Positions 1 to 8,729 of a stretch of DNA of 64,000 nt are shown here, one piece after another (positions within the stretch are counted from its first letter, which is position 1; every line of letters starts with the position of its first letter). The stretch comes from an uncultured delta proteobacterium (GTDB lineage Bacteria; Myxococcota_A; Polyangia; Haliangiales; Haliangiaceae): NCBI GenBank assembly GCA_963848295.1, contig CAWKDB010000010.1:3104001-3168000 (forward strand), written 5' to 3'. Under the pieces are notes generated by a model, which saw nothing but the letters and a program-made list of their open reading frames with translations, was not told the DNA's origin and did not search any database. A program made the translations under genes and the position numbers.

Positions 1-475
1 CGCTCGTGCCCGGCGGGTGCGCATCGGCTTCTTCGCTGCTGCCTGCCGCGAGTCGGAGCTCGTAGAACTCGATCCGGCGCGGCTCGTCGAACGGGAACAA
101 CGCTCGCGAGCTAAAGCTCCGATCCTTGCTCGTGAGAATCTTCGACTCGGAGCTGCGCAACACGAGCGCTCCCGATTGCGTGCGGGCGCTGATCAACGCC
201 GAGAACGTGACCTCGAGTGCACGGGCGATCTTCCACAGCACGTTGATCGTCGGCGCGCTTTGACCGAGCTCGATCTGGCCAAGCATCGCGCGCGATACCC
301 CCGAGATCTGAGCCAGTCGCTCGAGGGACAAACCGCGCCGCGTCCGCAACCGTCGCAAGTTCGAGCCGACGACGGGGGCGAGATCGGTCGCTTCGCTCGG
401 CGCTACCGGTGCCGCAGCAGCCTTGGGAGCGACCGCGTCCGCTGTTTTCGCCGACTTCTTCTTGACCAGGCCCAC
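1..475 (-). CDS. XRE-family HTH transcriptional regulator with cupin domain (3' end runs off the window)
   Basis: Not in the ORF track. Manual minus-strand translation from GTG at 475 gives ...VGSNLRRLRTRRGLSLERLAQISGVSRAMLGQIELGQSAPTINVLWKIARALEV... (HTH_3), then ...IEFYELRLAAGSSEEADAHPPGT (cupin start). Confidence 0.88.
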   Translation of the reverse strand, partial: MGLVKKKSAKTADAVAPKAAAAPVAPSEATDLAPVVGSNLRRLRTRRGLSLERLAQISGVSRAMLGQIELGQSAPTINVLWKIARALEVTFSALISARTQSGALVLRSSESKILTSKDRSFSSRALFPFDEPRRIEFYELRLAAGSSEEADAHPPGTS

Positions 476-493
476 TGTCGAACCAGATCTGTA

Positions 494-507
494 TCCGTCT
501 TAACGGA
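494..507. promoter_or_regulatory. Short palindrome, possible operator of the XRE regulator
   Basis: TCCGT-ctta-ACGGA about 20-30 bp upstream of the XRE start codon; function is inference only. Confidence 0.3.
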
Positions 508-520
508 CAAGAGCAAGCCA

Positions 521-608
521 GGGACGGTGTTCACTTTGTCAACCGACGAGCACGCGGTGGCCCAACGATCACCGGCCCTTACCTGGGGACGGTGTTCACT
601 TTGTCAAC
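521..608 (+). repeat. Repeat doublet, variant copy (GGGACGGTGTTCACTTTGTCAAC x2)
   Basis: Identical 23-mers at 521-543 and 586-608, 65 bp apart; resembles the GACGCTGTCTCTTTTGTCAAC family; second copy overlaps the amt stop codon. Confidence 0.85.
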
Positions 609-1825
609 TATGGGTGAGCAGTCGCCCCGGGACTCGCATAGGCCGATTCGCCATGCAGCGAGCCATCGAGCCCGTCGTGCTCGGTCTCCGCATCGACGCG
701 CAGGCCGATCGTCAAATCGATCGCCTTCAGCAGCGCGAACGTGACCATCGCAGCCCAAGCGCCGGCGGCTCCGACCGCGATCGCCTGCTTGCCGAGCAGC
801 GACAACCCTCCGCCGTGACCATCGTTGAGCGTCGCCCGCGCGAACACGCCGGTAAGCAGCGCACCGGTCGCGCCGCCGACACCGTGCACGCCGAACGCGT
901 CGAGCGCGTCGTCGTAGCCGAGCCTGGTCTTCGCGACGACGGCCCCGTAACAGATCGCGCCGGCCGCGACGCCGATCACGAGCGCGACGACCGGCGAGAC
1001 GAAGCCCGCCGCCGGCGTGATCGCGACCAGCCCCGCGACTAAGCCCGACGCGACCCCGAGCATCGTCGCTTTGCGGATCCGTGCGCCTTCGACGAGCGTC
1101 CACGTCAGCGCGCCAGCGGCCGCCGCGAGGTGCGTGTTGATCAACGCTAGCGCGGCGCTGCTGTTCGCGCCGGTCGCCGAACCGGCGTTGAACCCGAACC
1201 AGCCAAACCACAATAAGCCGGCGCCGAGCACCGTCATCGTCAGGTCGTGCGGCGGATGGCGCGTCGCCGGATAACCTCGGCGCTTGCCGATCACGAGCGC
1301 GCATACGAGCGCGGACACGCCCGACGAGAGATGCACGACCGTACCGCCTGCGAAGTCGATCGCCCCGAGCCGGGCGAGCCAGCCGCCGTCGCCCCAAGTC
1401 CAATGCGCGATCGGATCGTAGACCAGCGTCGTCCACGCGAGCGTGAACACGACGAACGCCGAGAACTTGATCCGCTCCGCGAATGCGCCCGAGATCAGCG
1501 CCGGCGTGATGACCGCGAACATGCATTGGTACGCGACGAACGCGAGGTGCGGCACCGTGCCGTGTACCGACTCCGGTCCGATGCCGTCGAGCGCCGCGAA
1601 GTCCAGGCCGCCGATCACGCCGTGCCAGCTCGGGCCAAACGCGAGCGTGTAGCCGATCAGCACGAACTGCACGCTGACCAGGCCCAGCGCGAAGAAGCTG
1701 TGCATGAACGTCGACAGCACGTTCTTGCCTTGGACCATGCCGCCGTAGAACAGCGCGAGCCCGGGCGTCATCAGCATCACGAGCGCGGTGGAGATGAGCA
1801 GCCAGGCGGTGTCGCCGGAGTTCAT
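608..1825 (-). CDS. amt: Ammonium transporter (Amt family)
   Basis: MNSGDTAWLLISTALVMLMTPGLALFYGG, DFAGGTVVH, LLWFGWFGFNAGS and DDALDAFGVHG motifs. Confidence 0.97.
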   Translation of the reverse strand: MNSGDTAWLLISTALVMLMTPGLALFYGGMVQGKNVLSTFMHSFFALGLVSVQFVLIGYTLAFGPSWHGVIGGLDFAALDGIGPESVHGTVPHLAFVAYQCMFAVITPALISGAFAERIKFSAFVVFTLAWTTLVYDPIAHWTWGDGGWLARLGAIDFAGGTVVHLSSGVSALVCALVIGKRRGYPATRHPPHDLTMTVLGAGLLWFGWFGFNAGSATGANSSAALALINTHLAAAAGALTWTLVEGARIRKATMLGVASGLVAGLVAITPAAGFVSPVVALVIGVAAGAICYGAVVAKTRLGYDDALDAFGVHGVGGATGALLTGVFARATLNDGHGGGLSLLGKQAIAVGAAGAWAAMVTFALLKAIDLTIGLRVDAETEHDGLDGSLHGESAYASPGATAHP

Positions 1826-1900
1826 CTAGCGACTGTGCTGTGCACCGTGTTTCCGGCGCGTAACCGGCGGGAAAAACCTATCGAGGGCGCACTGGGCAAA

Positions 1901-1995
1901 GTGACAAAAGAGACAGCGTCACCATGACTTTATGTGTGATTGCAATCGCTTGCGCGATCGGGCTTGTCGCGCAAGGTGACAAAAGAGACAGCGTC
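1901..1995 (-). repeat. Repeat doublet (GTGACAAAAGAGACAGCGTC x2 on + strand)
   Basis: Identical 20-mers at 1901-1920 and 1976-1995, 75 bp apart. Confidence 0.95.
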
Positions 1996-1996
1996 C

Positions 1997-2629
1997 CTAT
2001 TTCGTGCCGAACAGGCGGTCGCCGGCGTCGCCGAGGCCCGGGACGATGTAGCTCTTGGCGTTGAGGCGCTCGTCGACCGAGGCGGTGTAGATCGGGACGT
2101 CGGGGTGCGCCGCGTGGAAGACTTTGATGCCCTCGGGGCAGGTCAACAGGCACACGAACTTGATCGAGCGCGGGCCGCTTTGCTTCAGCCGCGTGATCGC
2201 GGCGACTGCCGAGTTCCCGGTCGCGAGCATCGGGTCGACGACGATCGCATCGCGGTCGCCCATGTTGTCGGGGACTTTGTAGAAGTACTCGACCGCCTCG
2301 AGCGTCTTCGGATCGCGGTAGAGGCCGATGTGGCCGACGCGTGCCGACGGCAAGATCTCGAGCATGCCGTCGAGGATGCCGTTGCCCGCGCGCAAGATCG
2401 AGATCAGCGCGATCTTCTTGCCGTCGAGCGCGGTGCCCATCATCGGCGCGATCGGGGTCTCGATCGCGATCTTCGTCGTCGGAAAATCGCGACACACCTC
2501 GTAGCCGAGCAGCATGCTGATCTCTTTGAGCAGCGCGCGGAACTTGCTGGTGCTGGTCTCTTTCGAGCGCATCAGCGTGAGCTTGTGTTGAACGAGCGGG
2601 TGATCGATGACGTGGACAGAGCCGGCCAT
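1997..2629 (-). CDS. upp: Uracil phosphoribosyltransferase
   Basis: [25 protein letters not shown] and [17 protein letters not shown] motifs. Confidence 0.97.
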   Translation of the reverse strand: MAGSVHVIDHPLVQHKLTLMRSKETSTSKFRALLKEISMLLGYEVCRDFPTTKIAIETPIAPMMGTALDGKKIALISILRAGNGILDGMLEILPSARVGHIGLYRDPKTLEAVEYFYKVPDNMGDRDAIVVDPMLATGNSAVAAITRLKQSGPRSIKFVCLLTCPEGIKVFHAAHPDVPIYTASVDERLNAKSYIVPGLGDAGDRLFGTK

Positions 2630-2644
2630 GGCGGCCGGACCCTA

Positions 2645-2833
2645 TCACTTCACTACGTGAACCGAAGGGGTCGCGGCGTGGCACGCGGTCGCTAGGGTGC
2701 TCATCGTTAGCACCGCGGCGATCGCGATGCAGCCGGCGAACACGAAGTCGCGAACGCGGCTCGAGCGCTGGCGGTTGGCGATGGTGGTGAGGCGATTAAT
2801 CGTGAGCTCCTTGAAAGTGCGGGGCGTCCGCAC
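2645..2833 (-). CDS. Small hypothetical membrane protein
   Basis: 62-aa ORF with one hydrophobic segment, filling the gap upstream of upp. Confidence 0.5.
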   Translation of the reverse strand: MRTPRTFKELTINRLTTIANRQRSSRVRDFVFAGCIAIAAVLTMSTLATACHAATPSVHVVK

Positions 2834-2969
2834 GCGAGCGACGTATTAGCGAGACGCAGGCCAGCCTTTAGCCACGGACTTTCGGGTACTTGAACACCGA
2901 AATGCGGTCGCACCCACTGTCTCAGCCCAGACGCTGTCGCACCCCAGCCGCCGCCGCTATGCTCGGCGA

Positions 2970-5042
2970 GTGCGCGCGCTGGTGATCCTCGCGATCGCGT
3001 CGTGCAGCGTGCCCGACGGCGACTACTTCGGGCGAATCCCGGACCGGCTCGAGCCGCGCCACCTGCGCTGGTGCAATCAGGGCGAGCCCGATCATCTCGA
3101 TCCCGCGCTCGCGTCGAGCACCGCCTCGTCGCCGGTGGTGAGCCCGCTGTTCGCCGGCCTGACCGAGTACGGCATGGATGGCGCGCCGGTGCCGAGCCTC
3201 GCGACCTCGTGGGACGTGTCACCGGATCAGCGCACGTTCACGTTTCACCTCCGGCGCGATGCGCTGTGGTCGAACGGTCGCGCCGTCACCGCGTATGACC
3301 TCGCGTTCACCGCGCTGCGCATCGCGCATCCGCTGACCGCGTCGCCGAACCTGATCGACCTCGGGTCGGTGCGCAACGCGAACGCGTACTTCGCCAAGCG
3401 CGTGTTCGTGCTCGCGGTCGATGCCGCGCCCTATCGCGCCGGCGACCTCGTCGAGCCGATCGGCGAGCCCCCGAGTGACATCGATCAGCGCACTGCACCC
3501 GGCGAGCTCGCGCTGCGCGATCTCGGCGCGCCGGCCGCGGAGAGCTACGCGCGCGTGCCCGCGGGCACGGTCGTCACGCTCGTGTGGACCAGCGGCGGCC
3601 ACGCGACCTTGCCTTCACCCGACGGCGAGAGCTGGGCCTACGTGTTCTGGCCGCGCGACGAGTCCGGCGTCTACGGCTGGGTGCCGGCGAGCGAGCTCGG
3701 TGACGGCCCGGCGAAGCCGATCGCGGTGCGCGGCTTCGGCGATGCCAACGGCAAGCGAGTGATCGTGCCCGAGCGCGCGCTCGTCTATACGCCGGCTGTC
3801 CTCGGCGTTCGCGTGATCGATGCCGCGACGATCGCCTTCGAGACCGATGGCCCATCGCCGTCATTCGTCGCGCTGACCGACGGCCGTGCATTTCGCGCGA
3901 CGCCGATCGAGCAGGTGTCGCGCTGGCCGCTGCGCTGGACGCGCCCCGAGCACATCGTGACGTCTGGGCCGATGCGGCTCGTCGAGTGGGCCGAGCGAGA
4001 CAAGCTCGAGCTCGTCCGTTCGGCGAGCTACTGGAACCCGTCGGAGGTCAAGCTCGACCGGCTCACGATCCTGTCGATCGACGATCAGGCCGCCGCGACG
4101 AACCTGTACTACACCGCCGAATGCGACGCGACCGCCGCTAACGACATCCCATCGACGTACCTGCCCGCGATCGACGGCGAGCGCGGCACGCGGTTCAAAG
4201 ACTTCGTGGTCGCGCCGTATCTCGGCGTCTACTTCGTGTGGGTCAACACCGAGAAGCTCACGAATCGCCATCTGCGCCGTGCGTTGTCACTCGCGATCGA
4301 CCGCACGCAGATCCCACGGTTCACGCACGGCGGCGAGATCCCGAGCGCGCGGTTGACGCCGGGCACGCCGATCGCTCAGCTCTCGCCCGCGGACCTCGCG
4401 CTGTGCGGAGTCAGCCATGACACGCCCGGCGTCGCGATGATCATGGAGACCGGCGCGCTGTGTTACGTGCCGCCGCCCGGGCTCGACTATGATCTCACGC
4501 GTGCGCGCCAAGAGATCGCCGCCGCGCGCGCCGAGCTCGGCACGATCGGGACGCTGCACTATCGCTATAACTCGGGCAGCGAAGGTCACAAGCAGATCGC
4601 GGAATATCTGCAAGCGCAGTGGGCGAAGCTCGGGCTCGACGTCACGGTCGACGCGCAGGAGTTCAACTCGATGCTCGCCGATAGCAAGGCCGGCAAGTTC
4701 GAGCTCCTGCGGCTCGGCCAGATCGGCAACGCGCAGGATCCAGAGAGCGAGTTCCTCGACCTGTTCCGGTGCGGCGCGTCCGACAATCGCGGGCGCTATT
4801 GCAGCCCAGCGTTCGAGAAGTTGATGCAAGAGGCGAGCACGATGGCGGATCGCACGGCGCGCAACGCGAAGCTGCGCGAAGCGGAGAGCGTGATGCTCGA
4901 GGATGCGCCGGTGATCCCGCTCTATGCATACACCCAGAAGCTGCTGATCAAACCGTACGTGCGCGATCTCGCGGTCAACGTGCTCGCAGAGCCGCCGCTG
5001 TGGCGCGCGTGGATCGATCCCGACTGGCGGACCGCGAAATGA
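2970..5042 (+). CDS. oppA: Peptide ABC transporter substrate-binding lipoprotein (OppA-like) with an internal insertion
   Basis: Lipobox IASC, EPDHLDPA, TFTFHLRRDALWSNG, EDAPVIPLY; lies directly upstream of two permease genes. Confidence 0.85.
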   Translation: MRALVILAIASCSVPDGDYFGRIPDRLEPRHLRWCNQGEPDHLDPALASSTASSPVVSPLFAGLTEYGMDGAPVPSLATSWDVSPDQRTFTFHLRRDALWSNGRAVTAYDLAFTALRIAHPLTASPNLIDLGSVRNANAYFAKRVFVLAVDAAPYRAGDLVEPIGEPPSDIDQRTAPGELALRDLGAPAAESYARVPAGTVVTLVWTSGGHATLPSPDGESWAYVFWPRDESGVYGWVPASELGDGPAKPIAVRGFGDANGKRVIVPERALVYTPAVLGVRVIDAATIAFETDGPSPSFVALTDGRAFRATPIEQVSRWPLRWTRPEHIVTSGPMRLVEWAERDKLELVRSASYWNPSEVKLDRLTILSIDDQAAATNLYYTAECDATAANDIPSTYLPAIDGERGTRFKDFVVAPYLGVYFVWVNTEKLTNRHLRRALSLAIDRTQIPRFTHGGEIPSARLTPGTPIAQLSPADLALCGVSHDTPGVAMIMETGALCYVPPPGLDYDLTRARQEIAAARAELGTIGTLHYRYNSGSEGHKQIAEYLQAQWAKLGLDVTVDAQEFNSMLADSKAGKFELLRLGQIGNAQDPESEFLDLFRCGASDNRGRYCSPAFEKLMQEASTMADRTARNAKLREAESVMLEDAPVIPLYAYTQKLLIKPYVRDLAVNVLAEPPLWRAWIDPDWRTAK

Positions 5043-5959
5043 TGCGGTTCGTCGCAGGTCGGATCGTCGCCAGCGTCGCGATCGTGCTCGTCGTCGCGAC
5101 CGCGAGCTTCTTGTTGTTGCACGCCGCGCCCGGTGGGCCGTTCGACACCGACCAGCGCCGATCGGCCGAGGTCCAACGCGCGATGGAGCAGCGCTACGGC
5201 CTGCGCGATCCATTGTGGCAGCAGTACGTGCGCGAGATGACGGCGCTCGCCCACGGTGATCTCGGCTGGTCGACGAAGCACGACGAGCCGGTCAGCACGT
5301 TGATCGCCGAGCACGGGCCGGTCAGCGCCGCGATCGGCTTGCTCGGACTGATCGGAGCGGTAGGGATCGGGTTGGCGATCGGCGTGTTCGCTGCGTGGCG
5401 GCGCAGCACGTGGGTCGACTACGCGTTGATGTCGGTCGCGCTCGTCGGGATCTCGATCCCGTCGTTCGTGATCGGGCCGCTGTTGATCGCCGCGCTCGCG
5501 ATCCATCTCGGCTGGTTGCCACCGGCGCGGATCGACGGCGCCGCGTCGTACATCTTGCCGGCGCTGACCTTGGGCCTCGTCTACCTCGGTACGATCGCGC
5601 GGCTCGCTCGCGGCAGCATGCTCGACGTGCTCGGCCAAGACTTCGTGCGCACCGCGCGCGCGAAGGGCCTGAGCGAACGCCGCGTCGTGTGGAAGCACGC
5701 GCTGCGCGTCGGCTGCGTGCCGGTCGTGACCTATCTCGGGCCGGCGACCGCGGCGATGATCTCGGGCTCGTTCGCGGTCGAGAAGATCTTTCAGATCCCG
5801 GGGCTCGGCACGTACTTCATCGACAGCATCACCGATCGCGACTACGCGGTCGTGACCGGGGTGTTCGTGTTCTACGCCGCGTTCCTCGTGCTGTTGAACC
5901 TCGTCGTCGACATCGCGTACGGCGTGATCGACCCGCGGATCCGCAGGGAGGCCGCGTGA
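5039..5959 (+). CDS. oppB: Peptide ABC transporter permease
   Basis: APGGPF, EAA loop DFVRTARAKGLSE, RDY motif; ATGA overlap with the upstream stop. Confidence 0.9.
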   Translation: MMRFVAGRIVASVAIVLVVATASFLLLHAAPGGPFDTDQRRSAEVQRAMEQRYGLRDPLWQQYVREMTALAHGDLGWSTKHDEPVSTLIAEHGPVSAAIGLLGLIGAVGIGLAIGVFAAWRRSTWVDYALMSVALVGISIPSFVIGPLLIAALAIHLGWLPPARIDGAASYILPALTLGLVYLGTIARLARGSMLDVLGQDFVRTARAKGLSERRVVWKHALRVGCVPVVTYLGPATAAMISGSFAVEKIFQIPGLGTYFIDSITDRDYAVVTGVFVFYAAFLVLLNLVVDIAYGVIDPRIRREAA

Positions 5960-6804
5960 TGCGCGACGCGTGGCGGCGGCTGCGCGGTCATCGCGTCGCG
6001 GCGGTCTGCGTGATCGCGTTCGCCGCGATCGTGATCGCGTGCGCGATCGGACCTGTCGTCGCCGGTGCCCTCGGGGTCGACGGCACCACGATCGATACGC
6101 GGCTCGGGGCGAGCCCGCCGTCGTGGTCGCATTGGTTCGGCACCGACACGCTCGGCCGCGACATGCTCGTCCGCGTGCTGATCGGCGGGCGGCTCGCGCT
6201 CGTCGTCGCGCTCGTCACGACGTCGATCGCGCTCGTGATCGGCGTGAGCTACGGCGCGATCGCCGGTTTCGCGGGCGGCACGGTCGACAACGTGATGATG
6301 CGGTTCGTCGACGTGCTCTACGGCTTTCCGACGATCGTGTTCATCATCGTCGTGATGGCGGTGACCGACAGCCGCTCGTTGCTGCTGTTGTTCGCGCTGA
6401 TCGGTGGCATCTCGTGGCTGACGATGGCGCGCATCGTGCGCGGCCAAGTGCTGGGCTTGCGCACGCGCGAGTTCGTCGAAGCCGCGCGCGCGCTAGGTGC
6501 GCCGCCGAGTCGCGTGTTGTTTCGCCACGTGCTGCCGAACACGACCGGGCCGGTGATCGTCTATGCCACGCTCGCGCTACCGCAGGTCATGTTGACCGAA
6601 GCGTTCCTGAGCTTCCTCGGGCTCGGCGTGCAAGCGCCGCTCGCGTCGTGGGGCACGCTCGTCACCGAGGGCAGCTCGCAGATCGTCGTGTATCCCTGGC
6701 TGCTCGTGTTCCCGGCGCTCGCGATGGGCGTCACCGTGGTCGCGCTGAACTTCATCGGCGACGGCCTGCGCGACGCGCTCGACCCGCAGACGCGGCTTCG
6801 CTGA
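5959..6804 (+). CDS. oppC: Peptide ABC transporter permease
   Basis: HWFGTDTLGRD, EFVEAARALGA, LNFIGDGLRDALDP; TGATG overlap. Confidence 0.92.
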   Translation: MRDAWRRLRGHRVAAVCVIAFAAIVIACAIGPVVAGALGVDGTTIDTRLGASPPSWSHWFGTDTLGRDMLVRVLIGGRLALVVALVTTSIALVIGVSYGAIAGFAGGTVDNVMMRFVDVLYGFPTIVFIIVVMAVTDSRSLLLLFALIGGISWLTMARIVRGQVLGLRTREFVEAARALGAPPSRVLFRHVLPNTTGPVIVYATLALPQVMLTEAFLSFLGLGVQAPLASWGTLVTEGSSQIVVYPWLLVFPALAMGVTVVALNFIGDGLRDALDPQTRLR

Positions 6805-7668
6805 ATGCTACGCTGGAGGAGCATGATCGCTCGCGTTGGCTTGGTCGTCGTGGTCACCGCTGCGAGTGCGCACGCCGGTCCGGTGGCCAAGTTGTCGTCG
6901 GTCGCGATGGCCGGTCCGTTCAAGACGATCGGCGACGCTTGCTCCCACGCTACGCCATGCGGCGGCACCGAGATCGATCCGAAGGATCCGTTCAACGTCG
7001 TCAAGCCCCCGAGCCGTGCCACGTGCGACCTCGACCACGACCTCAACGCGCTCGACAGCGACGGCAACCCCGCGAAGCTCGATCACGCGGTCGGCGATCT
7101 CCACATCCAGATCGCGAGCCAGACGTGCGGCATGCCTTCAGGCCTGCGCTGGCAACACGACGTGTACTACGCGTTCGTCAAGCGCGGCGACGGCTGGTGG
7201 CGCAGCGCGCCGCTGTGGCAGTGGAACTATAACGACAAGTACGAGAACGGCACGATGGTGATCAAGTGGAACGATCAACCGGGGCGCACGTTCGCCGGCA
7301 TCGCGGCCGGCTTGTGGTCGCTCGCGTGCGAGAAGAACGGCCACGAGATCGACACGATCGAGATGATGCTGCGGATCGAGCCCGGGTCGACCACGCCGAT
7401 CGTGTACGCGCCGCTCGTCGTCGGGGAGAGGTTCTCGCGCGAGGCTGGCGCCGATGCTTCGCCCGCCGAATGCAAACCGATGAAGCAGCGCTTCGAGCTG
7501 ACCGAGGCGTGGTCGTCCGCCGATGACCTCGAGCTCGCCGGGTCTGCGACCTGGTTCGCGTTGCGACCGATCGCTGGGACCGCAGCGCCATCCGGCTTGC
7601 TCGACATCATCCTCGATCCGAACACTCGTGTGCCGTCGTCGGCCGGTCGTTATCGGTTCACCCGATAG
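6805..7668 (+). CDS. Hypothetical secreted protein
   Basis: Signal-peptide-like N-terminus ending ASAHA, several Cys; start may be at 6823. Confidence 0.65.
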   Translation: MLRWRSMIARVGLVVVVTAASAHAGPVAKLSSVAMAGPFKTIGDACSHATPCGGTEIDPKDPFNVVKPPSRATCDLDHDLNALDSDGNPAKLDHAVGDLHIQIASQTCGMPSGLRWQHDVYYAFVKRGDGWWRSAPLWQWNYNDKYENGTMVIKWNDQPGRTFAGIAAGLWSLACEKNGHEIDTIEMMLRIEPGSTTPIVYAPLVVGERFSREAGADASPAECKPMKQRFELTEAWSSADDLELAGSATWFALRPIAGTAAPSGLLDIILDPNTRVPSSAGRYRFTR

Positions 7669-7671
7669 CGA

Positions 7672-7932
7672 CTACTGACACGCGACGACGTTGGCGCACG
7701 CCGCTTGCTTCATCACGCACTCGGCATGGCGCTCGACTTGCGCGAGGTTCGCCTGGTCTTGCTCCAGCATCGAGCACGACGCGACGCACTCTTTCTCGTC
7801 GAAAGGCACCGAGCTGTTGGTCGCGCTCAGACACTCCGCCTCGCGCGCGCACACGGTCTTGCAGCGCGCGCTCCGCGGTTGAGTGCACGCGGCGACCGTA
7901 ATGGCGAGCGCGACGGCGAGCAGCAGCTTCAC
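7672..7932 (-). CDS. Small Cys-rich lipoprotein
   Basis: Lipobox VAAC followed by repeated CxxxC motifs. Confidence 0.7.
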   Translation of the reverse strand: MKLLLAVALAITVAACTQPRSARCKTVCAREAECLSATNSSVPFDEKECVASCSMLEQDQANLAQVERHAECVMKQAACANVVACQ

Positions 7933-7945
7933 GCCCGCAGTATAC

Positions 7946-8224
7946 TCAGAGATCTTCGGCGGTCCGGATGATCTCGACGATGAACTCGCGCCGGATCCGG
8001 ATCAGGCTCCCCATGTCCGCGAACTTGCGAAACGTCAACGGCGTTTCGGTCGTGACCGGGCGGTCGGCGGTGATGTCCTCGCCGGTGATGTCGAGCGCGC
8101 ACGGCCTGTGCGCCCTCGTCGCCTTCGCGCAATCGTCGGTGTGCATCGCTTCGGCTGACGTCGGCGGATCGGCCGCGGCGAGGGCGGGTGCGAGGATCAG
8201 TGCGAGCGCGATGAGCTTGGCCAT
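7946..8224 (-). CDS. CglF/GltF-like small secreted protein (myxobacterial gliding-motility family)
   Basis: Signal peptide MAKLIALALILAPALAAA; C-terminus ITGEDITADRP...SLIRIRREFIVEIIRTAEDL resembles the CglF family as I recall it. Confidence 0.6.
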   Translation of the reverse strand: MAKLIALALILAPALAAADPPTSAEAMHTDDCAKATRAHRPCALDITGEDITADRPVTTETPLTFRKFADMGSLIRIRREFIVEIIRTAEDL

Positions 8225-8270
8225 GCGACGTGGACACCGCCGGCAGCCCCCGGTTGCGCGGCTACCGCGG

Positions 8271-8705
8271 TCAGTCTTCGCGCCGCTCCGCGATCCTGCG
8301 CTGGGTCTCGCGCCACCGTGCGAAGTGGCGCTCGATGATCTCGCGATCGGCGCGGGCGCGCGCGAGGGCACCGCGAGCGGTATCCGCGACGCCGGTGCGG
8401 TCGGCGAGCACGGCCTCGGCGCGATCGAGCTCACCCGCAATCGCAGCTAGCTCGCCGCGCAGCCGGGAGCGATAACGCTCCGCGATCGCGAGCTCGCGGG
8501 CCGCGACCTGCGCCCGGCCGGAGGGCAGTGCGGTTCGACCGAGCGCGGTCCGCACCACAGCGGCCCTGGCTTGGATCACCGCGACCTGCCCCGCCGCATC
8601 GCGCGTACCATCGACCGCCGATGCGAGCTCGCCTCGCTTGACACGCTCGCTGCGTTCGCGGGTATCGCGAACCGGAGCGAGCCGATAGCGGTCTTCGCCG
8701 GCCAC
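8271..8705 (-). CDS. YscO/FliJ-like coiled-coil protein
   Basis: N-terminal YRLAPVRDTRERSE, all-helical body, C-terminal ARADREIIERHFARWR...ERRED. Confidence 0.5.
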   Translation of the reverse strand: MAGEDRYRLAPVRDTRERSERVKRGELASAVDGTRDAAGQVAVIQARAAVVRTALGRTALPSGRAQVAARELAIAERYRSRLRGELAAIAGELDRAEAVLADRTGVADTARGALARARADREIIERHFARWRETQRRIAERRED

Positions 8706-8729
8706 GTTGGAATGTTACACTGCCCCCGG

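Noticed and set aside
1826..1900. Sigma54 promoter for amt
   Set aside because: The best GG...GC candidate has 9-nt spacing rather than the required 10
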